Shown: in pieces, positions 39,677 through 40,418 of the stretch
How the letters are laid out: each line of letters starts with the position of its first letter
Position numbering within the stretch: position 1 is the stretch's first letter
IMG/VR virus record: IMGVR_UViG_3300009285_000028
Coordinates: 1 to 40,418 of that record
Length of the DNA: 40,418 nucleotides
DNA from: a virus
Direction: 5' to 3' (one strand)
The notes under the pieces: generated by a model
Databases searched by the model: none
Seen by the model: only the letters and a program-made list of their open reading frames with translations
What the model was told of the DNA's origin: nothing
Translations under genes and position numbers: made by a program

Positions 39677-40418
39677 GCCTGAGTCAGGCCACACTCGTCC
39701 AGCGTGTCCGGTGGGAACTCGGGGACCGCCCCTGGGAGGATTCCGCCCTCACGGCCGCCTCTGCCTCCTCGACCATCACGGGGGCCACCACGGGCTACTG
39801 GGTGAAGGGAGACATCGGGGAGTTCATCGAGGACGGCGACACGTGGCTGACCATCTCCGAGACCACGGGAACCATCACGGCAACCCGCTCCTACGACGGC
39901 TCCACCGGGGCCGCGCACACCACCAAGCGTGGCCTGAAGAACCCCCGCTATCGGTACAACGAAATCGTCAACGCCATCGAGTCCGTCATCCAGGACCAGC
40001 TCTGGCCGAAGGCCTGGAAGAAGGTGGCCGACACCATCACGCCGCTGTCCACGACGACGTGGTACGACCTCGCTGCCGAGGCGCGGGGCCTCATCAACGT
40101 GCGGCAGCTCTACGGGACCAGCGACGCCAAGGAAGGGCGCTACGGGGGACGCCACAGCGCCTACCCGGTCTGGTTCCGACGCAACATGACCACGAGCCTC
40201 GTCACCTCGGGCGTGGGACTGCGGTTCCCCGGCGGCATGTACCACGCCTCCAACACGGTGAACGTGGACTACGCCGCCAAGATAACGGACACCATCGCCA
40301 CCCCCAACCACTCAGACCTGAGTGACGGCGATGCCGTGGTCGAGGCCATCATCTTCGGGGCGGTCTCCCACCTCGAGGGGGCGCTCGAGAACCGCAAGCC
40401 GCGCAAGCCGCGCCAGGA
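39673..40418 (+). CDS. Virion protein, 288 aa in total, truncated by linearisation (continues as 78..198)
   Basis: ATGA overlap at 39673. The open frame runs to the window end and is in frame with 1..198. Confidence 0.7.
   Translation, partial: MSLSQATLVQRVRWELGDRPWEDSALTAASASSTITGATTGYWVKGDIGEFIEDGDTWLTISETTGTITATRSYDGSTGAAHTTKRGLKNPRYRYNEIVNAIESVIQDQLWPKAWKKVADTITPLSTTTWYDLAAEARGLINVRQLYGTSDAKEGRYGGRHSAYPVWFRRNMTTSLVTSGVGLRFPGGMYHASNTVNVDYAAKITDTIATPNHSDLSDGDAVVEAIIFGAVSHLEGALENRKPRKPRQ
40342..40418. repeat. Second copy of the 77-nt terminal repeat
   Basis: Identical to nt 1-77. Confidence 0.95.

Overview
This 40,418-nt window looks like a complete, circularly closed genome of a high-GC (roughly 65% by eye, not computed) tailed dsDNA phage. 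Nt 1-77 repeat exactly at 40342-40418, so the unique length is 40,341 bp, and one gene (39673 -> 198) runs through the junction. Nearly everything is on the + strand, in tightly packed genes that often overlap (ATGA/GTGA/TGATG junctions). Modules: (i) 17996-40418 plus 1-3080: packaging, head and tail genes. These are two ultra-basic micro-ORFs, a large terminase with an N-terminal HTH extension, portal, a 2014-aa giant protein, two ~340-aa proteins, scaffold, capsid, a free-standing HNH, a glycosyltransferase, a repeat-containing tail fibre and a glycoside-hydrolase-like tail enzyme. (ii) 3077-4646: lysis cassette (M15/LAS peptidase endolysin, membrane proteins, small holin). (iii) 4791-6720: metallophosphoesterase block. 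(iv) 6796-7055: a divergent, apparently leaderless promoter region with a minus-strand HTH gene. (v) 7055-17169: about 35 small early genes. They include many zinc-ribbon micro-proteins, an MT-A70 DNA methyltransferase, a NinG/Rap-like endonuclease and a WhiB-like regulator that points to an actinobacterial host. This block also holds a minus-strand tRNA-like gene whose anticodon loop carries a 38-nt insertion. (vi) 17170-17995: an ORF-poor, hairpin-rich 0.83-kb region. I recognised no integrase, DNA or RNA polymerase, tape measure, conventional small terminase, CRISPR array or transposon. The most striking unexplained signals are: a 15-nt motif GCGCCCT(A/T)GACA(C/G)GG at the boundary of every late gene block; the interrupted tRNA-like gene with its own promoter; the structured non-coding region bracketed by two motif copies; the giant head-module protein with an EF-hand/DxDGD loop; and the basic micro-ORFs where a small terminase would be expected. 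The many long minus-strand ORFs in the track are high-GC shadow frames. All functional calls rest on motifs read by eye and on gene order; no database search was possible.
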